From positions 26,250 to 90,249 of the forward strand of contig JAGUQX010000002.1 in assembly GCA_030153485.1 (NCBI GenBank): a stretch of 64,000 nt of DNA. Direction: 5' to 3'. Positions 1-8,495 of the stretch are shown in pieces; position 1 is the stretch's first letter; each line of letters begins with the position of its first letter. Origin of the DNA: Oscillospiraceae bacterium. Its GTDB lineage: Bacteria > Bacillota > Clostridia > Oscillospirales > Ruminococcaceae. A program made the translations under genes and the position numbers. Below the pieces are notes generated by a model. That model saw nothing but the letters and a program-made list of their open reading frames with translations, did no database searches and was not told the DNA's origin.

Positions 1-146
1 CTTTTTACAAAAAGAGTTGCTATTCCATCTTCAAATTTGAAGGGTTGTATAGGTTTAATCCAAACATTAAAGGCAACATCTGTAATTTGTTTTGTTTCCA
101 AACAATAATTTTTAACCATTTCGAACATATCTAAAAAAGAATCCAT
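1..146 (-). CDS. dnaA: Chromosomal replication initiator DnaA, first 48 codons only (gene continues past the left edge)
   Basis: Absent from the ORF track because truncated. The reverse strand from ATG at 146 reads MDSFLDMFEMVKNYCLETKQITDVAFNVWIKPIQPFKFEDGIATLFVK with no stop. This fits the DnaA domain I pattern (F..WIKP..P......L.L.V). It is divergent from rpmH, the usual Firmicute layout. Confidence 0.7.
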   Translation of the reverse strand, partial: MDSFLDMFEMVKNYCLETKQITDVAFNVWIKPIQPFKFEDGIATLFVK

Positions 147-276
147 TAAAATTTAAAACCCTTTCCAAAAGTATATAAAAGTGTATAAAAAGAGAATAAG
201 ACATTTATTTTTTAATTATACTAAAAAAAACGTTTTTTTTCAACAATTTAAAAATTATATATATATGGTGAATTAG

Positions 277-305
277 TTGACATATATATTTTTTTTTTAT
301 ATACT
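277..305 (+). promoter_or_regulatory. Sigma-A type promoter candidate for rpmH
   Basis: TTGACA (277-282), 17-nt spacer, TATACT (300-305), about 120 nt upstream of the rpmH ATG. Confidence 0.5.
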
Positions 306-428
306 TAATCATAAATTGTTTTATCTTTTTAAAAGAAAAATAAAGAAATTTTTTTGTTTTTTTGAAATTATATTTAAATTATTTTAAAAAAGATTATAAG
401 TGTATGATATAAAAGGAGTGAAAGTTGT

Positions 429-563
429 ATGAAAAGAACCTATCAGCCAAAAAAATTACATAGAAAAAAAGAACATGGATTTAGAAAAAGAATGGCTACA
501 AAAAGTGGTAGAAAACTTCTTGCTAGAAGACGTCTTAAAGGAAGAAAAAGACTTACATATTAA
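429..563 (+). CDS. rpmH: 50S ribosomal protein L34
   Basis: Too short for the ORF track (44 aa). ATG at 429 follows AAGGAG (413-418). The translation [44 protein letters not shown] is a textbook L34. Confidence 0.95.
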   Translation: MKRTYQPKKLHRKKEHGFRKRMATKSGRKLLARRRLKGRKRLTY

Positions 564-620
564 ATCATATATTTATTAGTTATATAATAAAATTAAATAA
601 TAAATCTTAAAATAAAATCA

Positions 621-647
621 GACCACATTTGTTGTGGTCTTTATTTT
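621..647 (+). terminator. Rho-independent terminator/attenuator between rpmH and rnpA
   Basis: GACCACA (621-627), loop TTTGT, TGTGGTC (633-639), then TTTATTTT. Confidence 0.6.
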
Positions 648-650
648 AAT

Positions 651-1019
651 ATGGTGAAATTTATGAAAAATACTATTAGTATAAATCTTAACAGACATTT
701 TAAATTTATATATTACAATGCAAAATATAAGGCTAGTCCTTATCTTGTTTCCTATGTTATAAAAAATAAATATAATATTAATAGAATAGGGATAACAACT
801 AGTAAAAAAATAGGAAATGCTGTTAAAAGAAATAAATCAAAACGTCTTATAGTTGCTGCATATACTATTTTAGAAAAAAAATTTCCTATTGGTTATGATT
901 TTGTATTTGTTGGAAGAAAGCAAACTCCTGATGTTGATTTTCATCTTCTTTACCAACATATGGAAAAAAATGTAAATTATTTGGTTTCAATTATAAATAA
1001 AAAGAGAATAAATCATTAA
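651..1019 (+). CDS. rnpA: Ribonuclease P protein component
   Basis: Position after rpmH. Basic protein with RIGITTSKKIGNAVKRNKSKRLI and DFVFVGRK motifs typical of RnpA. The start could be ATG 663 instead. Confidence 0.85.
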   Translation: MVKFMKNTISINLNRHFKFIYYNAKYKASPYLVSYVIKNKYNINRIGITTSKKIGNAVKRNKSKRLIVAAYTILEKKFPIGYDFVFVGRKQTPDVDFHLLYQHMEKNVNYLVSIINKKRINH

Positions 1020-1026
1020 AGCTTTT

Positions 1027-1266
1027 TTGATAAATATGATAAATTTTTATCAAAAAAATTTATCATATTTAAAACCAAATTGTTGTAGATTTTATCCAAC
1101 ATGTTCAGAATATTCTAAACAAGCAATACAAATATTTGGAATAACTAGGGGGTTTTTTTTATCTATTTTTAGAATTATAAGGTGCAATCCATTTTGTAAA
1201 GGTGGAATTGATCTTATCCCTAAAAAGAATAATTTAAAAGTAAAAAAAAGGATTGATAATGATTAG
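1027..1266 (+). CDS. yidD: Membrane protein insertion efficiency factor YidD
   Basis: YQKNLS..CRFYPTCSEYSKQAI...RCNPFCKGGIDLIP is the YidD signature. Sits between rnpA and yidC. ATG 1036 is an alternative start to TTG 1027. Confidence 0.85.
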   Translation: MINMINFYQKNLSYLKPNCCRFYPTCSEYSKQAIQIFGITRGFFLSIFRIIRCNPFCKGGIDLIPKKNNLKVKKRIDND

Positions 1267-2349
1267 ATGAATTTTTTTAAAATATTTAGCGAACCTTTAA
1301 GTTGGATAATGGGATTTTTTTATAATATATTTGAAAATATTCCTTTTAACTATACAATAACTCTTATTGTTTTTACAATTGTTATAAAAACTTTATTGTT
1401 TCCACTTTCTATAAAACAACAAAAATCAACTGCAAAAATGGCTGCTTTTCAGCCTAAAATAAAAGCAATACAAAAAAAATATGGTACAAATAAACAAAAA
1501 ATACAAGAAGAAACCGTCAAATTGTATACAGAAGAGGGATATAGTCCACTAAGCGGATGTCTTCCTATGCTTATACAATTTCCAATATTGTTTGGTTTAA
1601 TATATCTTATATATGAACCTCTTACATATATATTAAACTTTTCTAAAGATATTATTTCAAAAGCTATCCCTATTGCAGAGCAAATTTTGGGTTCTAGCCT
1701 TGCTACAGATTATACAGCAGAAATAAGTATAATAAATGCATTTAAAATTGATCCTACTGCTTTTTCAACATTAGGAAGCGAATTTGTTGATAAAATTTCA
1801 AAAATAGATTTAAATCTTTTTGGAATAAATCTTGGACAAATTCCTGTGCTAGATTTCACAAGTTTTACCGCAATTACACTTATGATAATTCCTTTTTTAT
1901 CAGGTCTATCATCTTTATTAGTTAGTTATATTTCTATGAAGTCAAACGCTAGAGCTACTGGAAATGAAATTCAAGGATTTACAAAAGGTATGATTTTAGT
2001 TATGCCAGTATTTTCTTTGATAATATCATTTCAATTTCCTATAGGCGTTAGTTTTTATTGGATTCTATCAAATATTTTGATGATTGTACAAACTTTAGTT
2101 TTAAATAAGATTTGGAATCCAAAAAAATTAGCTGAAGATGCAAAAATTCAATTAGAATTAAATAAAAAAAATAAAAAATCTAATCCTAAACAGTTAGAAA
2201 ATGTAATTAATATTGATACAATAGAAGAAAAAGAAAAGAAATTTTCACAAAAAGAATTAAATAAAAAAAGACTTGCTGAAGCTAGAAGATTAGATGCTGA
2301 AAAATATGGAGAAGATTATTTAGAAGTTGACGATAAAGATTTAAAATAG
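1267..2349 (+). CDS. yidC: Membrane protein insertase YidC/SpoIIIJ family, with a long Lys/Glu-rich C-terminal tail
   Basis: Multi-TM Oxa1-family core (PLSIKQQKS, GCLPMLIQFPI, FYW). Synteny rnpA-yidD-yidC-jag. Confidence 0.9.
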   Translation: MNFFKIFSEPLSWIMGFFYNIFENIPFNYTITLIVFTIVIKTLLFPLSIKQQKSTAKMAAFQPKIKAIQKKYGTNKQKIQEETVKLYTEEGYSPLSGCLPMLIQFPILFGLIYLIYEPLTYILNFSKDIISKAIPIAEQILGSSLATDYTAEISIINAFKIDPTAFSTLGSEFVDKISKIDLNLFGINLGQIPVLDFTSFTAITLMIIPFLSGLSSLLVSYISMKSNARATGNEIQGFTKGMILVMPVFSLIISFQFPIGVSFYWILSNILMIVQTLVLNKIWNPKKLAEDAKIQLELNKKNKKSNPKQLENVINIDTIEEKEKKFSQKELNKKRLAEARRLDAEKYGEDYLEVDDKDLK

Positions 2350-2366
2350 ATAAAGGGGAATCTTTT

Positions 2367-3272
2367 ATGCGGATAGAACAAATTGGAGAAGGAAAAACTA
2401 TCGATGAAGCAGTTGAAATTGCTTGTAATATATTAAAAAAAGATAGATATGATGTTAATATTCAAATTTTAAATCTTCCTAAAAAAAGCTTTTTTGGAAA
2501 ATTAAAAATTTTAGCAAAAGTTTTAATTAGCTATGAGGAAAAAGATCAAATAATTATAGAAAATATACCTACAAATTCTAATAGAACATATGTTATTGAT
2601 ACAGATAAAAGAGAAAAAAAGATAGACGAGCCATTAAAAATTAAAATAGAAGAAAATGTTGAAGAAAATGTTGAAGAAAATGTTGAAGAAAAGATAGAAA
2701 AAAAGGTAGAACCAAAAATAAAATTAAATTTACAAAAATCTGTTATAGTTGAAAATATTGATTCTACTCCAGTTATTGAAGATACAGCAGAATATGATTT
2801 ATTAATTGATAAAAAAATAGAAATCTTTAAATCAAATTTATCTAATATAATGGAATTTATGGGATATGAAAAATTTTCTTTTAGTATTAAAAAGAAAGAA
2901 AGAAATACTGTAATCGTAAATATTGATAGCGAAGAAAATATGGGATTTCTAATAGGAAAAAGAGGAGAAACCATAGATTCATTACAGTTTTTAATATCAC
3001 TTATTTCAAATAGAGAATCTGAAAATTTTGTAAAATTTATAATTAATTGTGGAAATTATAGAAAAAAAAGAGAAGAAACGCTTAAAGATTTAGCAATAAA
3101 AATTTCTAAAACAGTTAAAAAAAATAAAAAGAAGATTATGTTAGAACCTATGCATTCTTATGAAAGAAGAATAATACATTCTGTTATATCAAATATAGAA
3201 GGTGTTTTTTCTAAATCTATAGGGGATGAACCTAATAGAAAAGTTATAATATTATTAAGTAAAAAAAATTAA
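2367..3272 (+). CDS. jag: Jag/KhpB RNA-binding protein (Jag_N, KH and R3H domains) with an internal Glu/Lys-rich insert
   Basis: GFLIGKRGETIDSLQFL (KH) and EPMHSYERRIIHS (R3H). Follows yidC as in spoIIIJ-jag. Confidence 0.85.
   Translation: MRIEQIGEGKTIDEAVEIACNILKKDRYDVNIQILNLPKKSFFGKLKILAKVLISYEEKDQIIIENIPTNSNRTYVIDTDKREKKIDEPLKIKIEENVEENVEENVEEKIEKKVEPKIKLNLQKSVIVENIDSTPVIEDTAEYDLLIDKKIEIFKSNLSNIMEFMGYEKFSFSIKKKERNTVIVNIDSEENMGFLIGKRGETIDSLQFLISLISNRESENFVKFIINCGNYRKKREETLKDLAIKISKTVKKNKKKIMLEPMHSYERRIIHSVISNIEGVFSKSIGDEPNRKVIILLSKKN
2649..2693 (+). repeat. 12-bp in-frame tandem repeat (about 3.75 copies of GAAGAAAATGTT = EENV) inside jag
   Basis: Direct reading: gaagaaaatgtt x3, then gaagaaaag. 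Confidence 0.9.
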
Positions 3273-3283
3273 AAACTATAAAA

Positions 3284-3311
3284 ATGGAAGTGTAAAACAC
3301 TTCCATTTTTT
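3284..3311 (+). terminator. Rho-independent terminator after jag
   Basis: ATGGAAGTG / CACTTCCAT 9-bp stem, loop TAAAA, followed by TTTTT. Confidence 0.75.
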
Positions 3312-3340
3312 AAATATATAATGAAAAGGTGTATAAATAT

Positions 3341-4705
3341 ATGGAAAAAACAATAGTAGCTATAGCAACACCAGTTGCGTATGGAGGTATATCTGTTTTA
3401 AGAATTTCTGGAGAAGATAGTCTAAATATTATATCAAAAATTTATACTTCATATAAAGGAAAAGATATATTTAAACTAAAAGGATATACTGGATGTTATG
3501 GATATATACATAGTGATGAAAAAAAGATAGATGATGTAATATTATTTTATTTTAAAAAACCCTATAGTTATACAGGTGAAGATGTAGTAGAAATTTCTTG
3601 TCATGGTGGAATTTTAGTTACAAAAAAGATATTAAGATTAATATTAGAAAATGGTGGAAATATGGCAGAACCTGGAGAATTTACGAAAAGGTCATTTTTA
3701 AATAAAAAAATGTCTTTAATAGAATCTGAGTCTGTGATAGATATTATAAATGCAAATAATGAAATGGCGCTAAAACTATCTATATCTAATATGGAAGGAA
3801 ATTTATATAAAAAAATATCTAAAATAAAGGAAAATTTATTGAATATTGTCGGGCATATTGAGGCATTTATAGATTTTCCTGAAGAAGATTTAGAAGATTT
3901 AGATATAAATAAAATTAAAAATGATTTAATTTTAAATAAAAATGACTTAAATTATTTAATAGAAAATTATGATTTAGTTAAAATTATAAAACAAGGGATT
4001 GATACGGCTATTATTGGAAAACCAAATGTAGGAAAATCTTCAATAATGAATCTTCTTGCAGGATTTGAAAAAAGCATAGTTACAGATATGGAGGGTACAA
4101 CAAGAGATATAATTGATGAAGAAATAAATATAGGAGATTTAATTTTAAATATATCAGATACAGCAGGAATTAGAAAAACTTCTAATATTATTGAAAAAAT
4201 TGGAATAGAAAAAGCTAAAAATAAAATAAAAACAGTTGCTTTAAATATATTTGTAATAGATAATTCTAAAGAGTTGTCTGTAGAAGATTTTGATATTATG
4301 GATATATTAGATATCAATAGAACTTTAGTTGTTATAAATAAATTGGATTTACCTAGAAAAATAAATTCAGATTATATATATAATAAATTTTTATATGTTG
4401 TTGAAATTTCAGTTAAAAATAGTATTGATATAAAAAAAATTATAGATAAAATAAATTTAATATTTAGTACAGATAAAATAGAAAATTATTCTACTATTGT
4501 ATCTAATGAAAGACAGAGAAATTGTGTTATAAAAAGTATTTCGGCTATTGAAAATAGTATTAAAGATATAAATATAGGACAAACCTTAGATGGAATATGT
4601 GTTATTATAGAAGAATCAATTGAATCATTATTAGAGCTTACAGGAGAGAATATAAATCAATCAATAGTTGATAAGATATTTTCTAATTTTTGTGTAGGAA
4701 AATAA
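3341..4705 (+). CDS. mnmE: tRNA modification GTPase MnmE (TrmE)
   Basis: MEKTIVAIATP..GGISVLRISG N-terminus, G domain GKPNVGKSS / DTAG / NKLD, C-terminal CVGK. The ORF track starts at GTG 3329, but ATG 3341 fits the conserved N-terminus. Confidence 0.9.
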   Translation: MEKTIVAIATPVAYGGISVLRISGEDSLNIISKIYTSYKGKDIFKLKGYTGCYGYIHSDEKKIDDVILFYFKKPYSYTGEDVVEISCHGGILVTKKILRLILENGGNMAEPGEFTKRSFLNKKMSLIESESVIDIINANNEMALKLSISNMEGNLYKKISKIKENLLNIVGHIEAFIDFPEEDLEDLDINKIKNDLILNKNDLNYLIENYDLVKIIKQGIDTAIIGKPNVGKSSIMNLLAGFEKSIVTDMEGTTRDIIDEEINIGDLILNISDTAGIRKTSNIIEKIGIEKAKNKIKTVALNIFVIDNSKELSVEDFDIMDILDINRTLVVINKLDLPRKINSDYIYNKFLYVVEISVKNSIDIKKIIDKINLIFSTDKIENYSTIVSNERQRNCVIKSISAIENSIKDINIGQTLDGICVIIEESIESLLELTGENINQSIVDKIFSNFCVGK

Positions 4706-4728
4706 ATGTTATAGAGAGGAAATACAAA

Positions 4729-6609
4729 GTGAGTTATAAATTAGGAGAATATGATGTTGCCGTTATAGGAGCAGGGCATGCAGGAATAGAAGCAGCTTTA
4801 GTTTCAGCAAGAATGGGTTTAAAAACGGTTATATTTACTATAAATTTAGATACAATTGGAAATATGCCATGTAATCCATCTATTGGAGGGACAGCAAAAG
4901 GACATCTTGTAAAAGAAATTGATGCTCTTGGTGGAGAAATGGGAAAAGTTGCAGATAAAACTTTCATACAAAGTAGAATATTAAATAGAGGAAAAGGTCC
5001 TGCTGTTCATAGCCTTCGAGTTCAAACAGATAGAAAAAAATATAATCAAATGATGAAGCATATTTTAGAAAAACAGAAAAATTTAGATATAAAACAGTCT
5101 GAAATAATTGATATTATTTTAGATGATAATAGAGAAATCAGAAGCTTAAAAACAAAAACCGGTGGAATTTATAATGTTAAAGCAGGTATATTATGCTGTG
5201 GAACTTATTTAAATTCTATGATTCATGTTGGAGATATTTCTTATAAAGGTGGCCCAGATGGAAATATGCCTTCTGAAAATTTAACAAAAAATTTAATTGA
5301 TTTAGGTATAGACATTAGAAGGTTTAAAACTGGAACCCCAGCAAGAGTTCATAAAAGAAGTATTGATTTTTCTAAATTAGAAGTTCAAAAGGGTGATGAT
5401 GTTATAACTCCATTTTCTTTTGAAACAGAAGAAAAACAAGAGAATAAAATGCTTTGTTATATAGCCTATACAAATAATCAAACACATAACATTATATCTA
5501 AAAATATAACTAGATCACCAATGTATTCTGGAAAAATTGAAAGTAGTGGCCCAAGATATTGTCCAAGTATAGAGGATAAAATTGTTAGATTTGTTGATAA
5601 AAAAAGACACCAAATTTTTGTAGAACCTATGGGTTTAGATACAGAAGAATATTATTTACAAGGAATATCTACTAGTTTACCAGAAGATATTCAAAATGAA
5701 TTTTTAAGAACAATAGTTGGTTTTGAAAATATAGAAATAATGAGACCAGCATATGCAATAGAATATGATTGCTGTAATCCTATAAATTTTAATCCAACTT
5801 TAGAATTTAAGAATATAAAAGGGTTGTATGGAGCTGGACAATTTAATGGAACATCAGGATATGAAGAAGCAGCTTCACAGGGATTAGTAGCGGGAATAAA
5901 TGCTGTTTTAAAAATAAAAGGTGAAAAACCATTGATTTTAGATAGAGCTAGTAGTTATATAGGAGTTTTAATAGATGATTTAGTAACCAAAGGTTGTTCT
6001 GATCCATATAGAATTATGACATCAAGAAGTGAATATAGATTAATTTTAAGACAGGATAATGCAGACCAAAGATTAAGTCCTATTGGAAGAAGTCTTGGTT
6101 TAATTTCTGATAGTAGATGGACTAAATTTGAATTAAAACTTAAAAATATAGAAATGCAAAAAAAGAGATTAGTTAAAATAAATTTAGCTCCAACAGATAG
6201 ATTAAATGAAATTTTAGTTTCACGTGAAACAAATCCAATTAAAACAGGTATAAAATTCATTGAAATTTTAAAAAGACCCCAAATTTCATATAAAGATATC
6301 CAAGAATTTGATAATACAGATGAATCTATTTCTCCTGATGTTATTGAACAGATAGAAATAGATTTTAAGTATGAAGGATATATAAAAAAACAAATAGCTC
6401 AAGTCGAGAATATGAGGAGGATAGAATCAAAAATAATTCCTATAAATATTATATATTCGGATATAATTGGATTAAAACATGAAGCTATAGAAAAATTAGA
6501 AAAAATTATGCCAAAAAATTTAGGACAAGCAGGAAGAATTTATGGTGTTACACCTGCAGATATAACAGTTTTATCTATATTTTTAGATAAAATAAATAGA
6601 AAGAGGTAG
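4729..6609 (+). CDS. mnmG: tRNA uridine 5-carboxymethylaminomethyl modification enzyme MnmG (GidA)
   Basis: YDVAVIGAGHAGIEAAL FAD motif and full-length GidA similarity. GTG 4729 lies 8 nt after GAGAGGA (4714-4720), whereas the track start TTG 4690 overlaps the mnmE end. Confidence 0.9.
   Translation: MSYKLGEYDVAVIGAGHAGIEAALVSARMGLKTVIFTINLDTIGNMPCNPSIGGTAKGHLVKEIDALGGEMGKVADKTFIQSRILNRGKGPAVHSLRVQTDRKKYNQMMKHILEKQKNLDIKQSEIIDIILDDNREIRSLKTKTGGIYNVKAGILCCGTYLNSMIHVGDISYKGGPDGNMPSENLTKNLIDLGIDIRRFKTGTPARVHKRSIDFSKLEVQKGDDVITPFSFETEEKQENKMLCYIAYTNNQTHNIISKNITRSPMYSGKIESSGPRYCPSIEDKIVRFVDKKRHQIFVEPMGLDTEEYYLQGISTSLPEDIQNEFLRTIVGFENIEIMRPAYAIEYDCCNPINFNPTLEFKNIKGLYGAGQFNGTSGYEEAASQGLVAGINAVLKIKGEKPLILDRASSYIGVLIDDLVTKGCSDPYRIMTSRSEYRLILRQDNADQRLSPIGRSLGLISDSRWTKFELKLKNIEMQKKRLVKINLAPTDRLNEILVSRETNPIKTGIKFIEILKRPQISYKDIQEFDNTDESISPDVIEQIEIDFKYEGYIKKQIAQVENMRRIESKIIPINIIYSDIIGLKHEAIEKLEKIMPKNLGQAGRIYGVTPADITVLSIFLDKINRKR
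6216..6231. promoter_or_regulatory. parS-like centromere site inside mnmG
   Basis: AGTTTCACGTGAAACA matches 15/16 of the TGTTNCACGTGAAACA consensus. The central 14 nt are a perfect palindrome. Confidence 0.6.
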
Positions 6610-6618
6610 AATATAAAT

Positions 6619-7326
6619 ATGTCTATAGAAATATTAAAAGAATGCTTTGAAGAATCTGGAGTTTTTTTAAATAAAATTCAAATTAATAAATTTTATGATT
6701 ATGCTATGATATTAATAGAATGGAATAAAAAAGTTAACCTAACTTCTATAGTTGATTTTAGGGATATAATTGTTAAACATTTTTTAGATAGTATTATAAT
6801 AGATAAATTTATTGATTTTAAAGGCTCTAAAAAACTTATAGATATTGGATCAGGAGCTGGTTTCCCATCAATACCATTAAAAATAGTATACAATAATTTA
6901 GATATAACTATGCTAGATTGTTTAAATAAAAGAATATTATTTTTAAAAGAAGCTTTAGATATAATAAAGATAAAAGGAGAAATAATTCATGGTAGAGCAG
7001 AAGAAGTTTCTCATAAGCAAGAATATAGAGAACAGTATGACATTTCTGTTGCAAGAGCGGTATCAAATATATCAAATCTTGTAGAATTTTGTCTACCATA
7101 TACAAAGATAGGAGGGTATTTTTTAGCCCTTAAAGGAGGGGATATATTGGAAGAAGTTGAAAAATCTAAGGGAGCTATAGATATTTTAGGGGGAAAAATA
7201 GAAAAAATATATGAATATGATTTAAATAAAGATTATAAAAGGTCATTAGTTGTAATAAAAAAAGTTTCGCAAACTAATACAATATATCCTCGAAAATATT
7301 CAAAAATATTAAAAAAATCTTTATAA
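6619..7326 (+). CDS. rsmG: 16S rRNA (guanine527-N7)-methyltransferase RsmG (GidB)
   Basis: DIGSGAGFPSIPLKI SAM motif. Follows mnmG. Confidence 0.9.
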   Translation: MSIEILKECFEESGVFLNKIQINKFYDYAMILIEWNKKVNLTSIVDFRDIIVKHFLDSIIIDKFIDFKGSKKLIDIGSGAGFPSIPLKIVYNNLDITMLDCLNKRILFLKEALDIIKIKGEIIHGRAEEVSHKQEYREQYDISVARAVSNISNLVEFCLPYTKIGGYFLALKGGDILEEVEKSKGAIDILGGKIEKIYEYDLNKDYKRSLVVIKKVSQTNTIYPRKYSKILKKSL

Positions 7327-7448
7327 GTTGTATTTTTTTGTAATATTAAAAAAAAATACTAACTATCTTGTCAATATAAATGTATGGAAATAAAAGGAAA
7401 TATATGGTATATTTATTATATGTTAGAAACGCATAGGAGGTTTAATAA

Positions 7449-8366
7449 TTGCTTACAAAATTATTTTCAAAAGAGAAGATAGTAAATAAGGTTATTTCTA
7501 TAAATATAAGAGATATTATTCCAAACCCATCACAACCAAGAAAAATTTTTAATATGATAGAGTTAGAGAATTTAGCATGTAGTATAAAAGAAAATGGTAT
7601 AATACACCCTATTATTATAAGAAGAAACTTGTTAGGACAGTTAGAGTTGGTGTCGGGAGAGAGAAGACTCAGAGCATGTAAGTTAATTGGATTTCGTACA
7701 ATTCCATCGATTTTAATAGAAACAGACAGCCAACAATCAGCAACATTATCTATATTAGAGAATATTCAGAGAGAAAACTTAAGCTTTTTTGAAGAAGCTA
7801 AAGCTATAAGTTATCTTATAGACGAATGGAATGTTACACAAGAGGAAGCAGCGTATAGATTGGGAAAAGCACAATCAACTATTGCAAATAAATTAAGGCT
7901 GTTAAAGATTTCAAATAGAGAACAAACTATAATAGTTAAAGGAAATTTAACTGAAAGACATGCAAGAGGCATAGTTAGAATAGGAAATCAAAAAATAAGA
8001 TTAAAATGTATAAATTATATAATAAATGAAAATTTAAATGTTCAACAAGCAGAAGAATATATAAATGAGATACTTGAGTTATTAGATAAAGAGTCTAAAA
8101 TGATAGAAACTTCAGATAATGATATTTATACTAATATAGATTTAGAAGAAAAAAAAGATAAAAAATTAGATATTCTTATAAATTCGATTAGTAATAAAAA
8201 AAGAAAGAGTATAAAAAATAGAATACCTATTATAAAAGATATTAGATTATTTTTAAATTCTATAAATAAAGCAATAGATACTATGAAAAGTGCAGGTATT
8301 GATGCATATAGTGAAAAAAAAGAAACGGAAAAATATGTAGAATATGTTGTTAGAATTCCCATATAA
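7449..8366 (+). CDS. noc: Nucleoid occlusion protein Noc (ParB paralogue)
   Basis: ParB N-domain (PNPSQPRK, SGERRLRA). The HTH TQEEAAYRLGKAQSTIANKLRLLK carries the Noc-type QSTIANKLRLL signature. TTG start 8 nt after AGGAGG (7435-7440). Position rsmG-noc-soj-spo0J. Confidence 0.8.
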   Translation: MLTKLFSKEKIVNKVISINIRDIIPNPSQPRKIFNMIELENLACSIKENGIIHPIIIRRNLLGQLELVSGERRLRACKLIGFRTIPSILIETDSQQSATLSILENIQRENLSFFEEAKAISYLIDEWNVTQEEAAYRLGKAQSTIANKLRLLKISNREQTIIVKGNLTERHARGIVRIGNQKIRLKCINYIINENLNVQQAEEYINEILELLDKESKMIETSDNDIYTNIDLEEKKDKKLDILINSISNKKRKSIKNRIPIIKDIRLFLNSINKAIDTMKSAGIDAYSEKKETEKYVEYVVRIPI

Positions 8367-8380
8367 ATTTTAAATAAAAA

Positions 8381-8408
8381 AGACAAAGAATATTTCTTTG
8401 TCTTTTTT
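8381..8408 (+). terminator. Rho-independent terminator after noc
   Basis: AGACAAAGAA / TTCTTTGTCT 10-bp stem, 3-nt loop, T5 run. Confidence 0.75.
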
Positions 8409-8410
8409 AT

Positions 8411-8426
8411 TGTTTCATGTGAAACA
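8411..8426. promoter_or_regulatory. parS-like centromere site upstream of soj
   Basis: TGTTTCATGTGAAACA matches 15/16 of TGTTNCACGTGAAACA. It is intergenic, about 25 bp upstream of an extended -10 (TG 8452-8453, TATAAT 8455-8460). Confidence 0.65.
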
Positions 8427-8495
8427 ATTGCTTTTATAACAAAAATAAATATGTTATAATAAATAAATAAAAAATAAAATAAAACAGGTGAAAAT

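Noticed and set aside
2546-2974. Long antisense ORFs listed in the track. Examples are 2546..2974(-), 17334..17789(-), 22193..22579(+), 26230..26610(-), 38454..38858(-), 39216..39560(-), 46465..46881(-) and 49646..49996(+).
   Set aside because: Each lies entirely opposite a well-supported conserved gene. Their translations are low-complexity and rich in F/I/S/L, as expected for the reverse complement of K/E/N-rich AT-rich coding sequence. None has a convincing SD. I treat them as by-products of composition.
4690-4728. N-terminal extensions given by the ORF track: mnmG 4690, serS 10185, GT2-TPR 18486, gdhA 22860, P-loop 30812, spoVT 34148, nrnA 40196, rpmF 43599, gpsA 47184 and the ATPase at 57187.
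   Set aside because: The longest-ORF starts overlap upstream genes or the SD itself. Downstream ATG or GTG codons with proper SD spacing reproduce the conserved N-termini.
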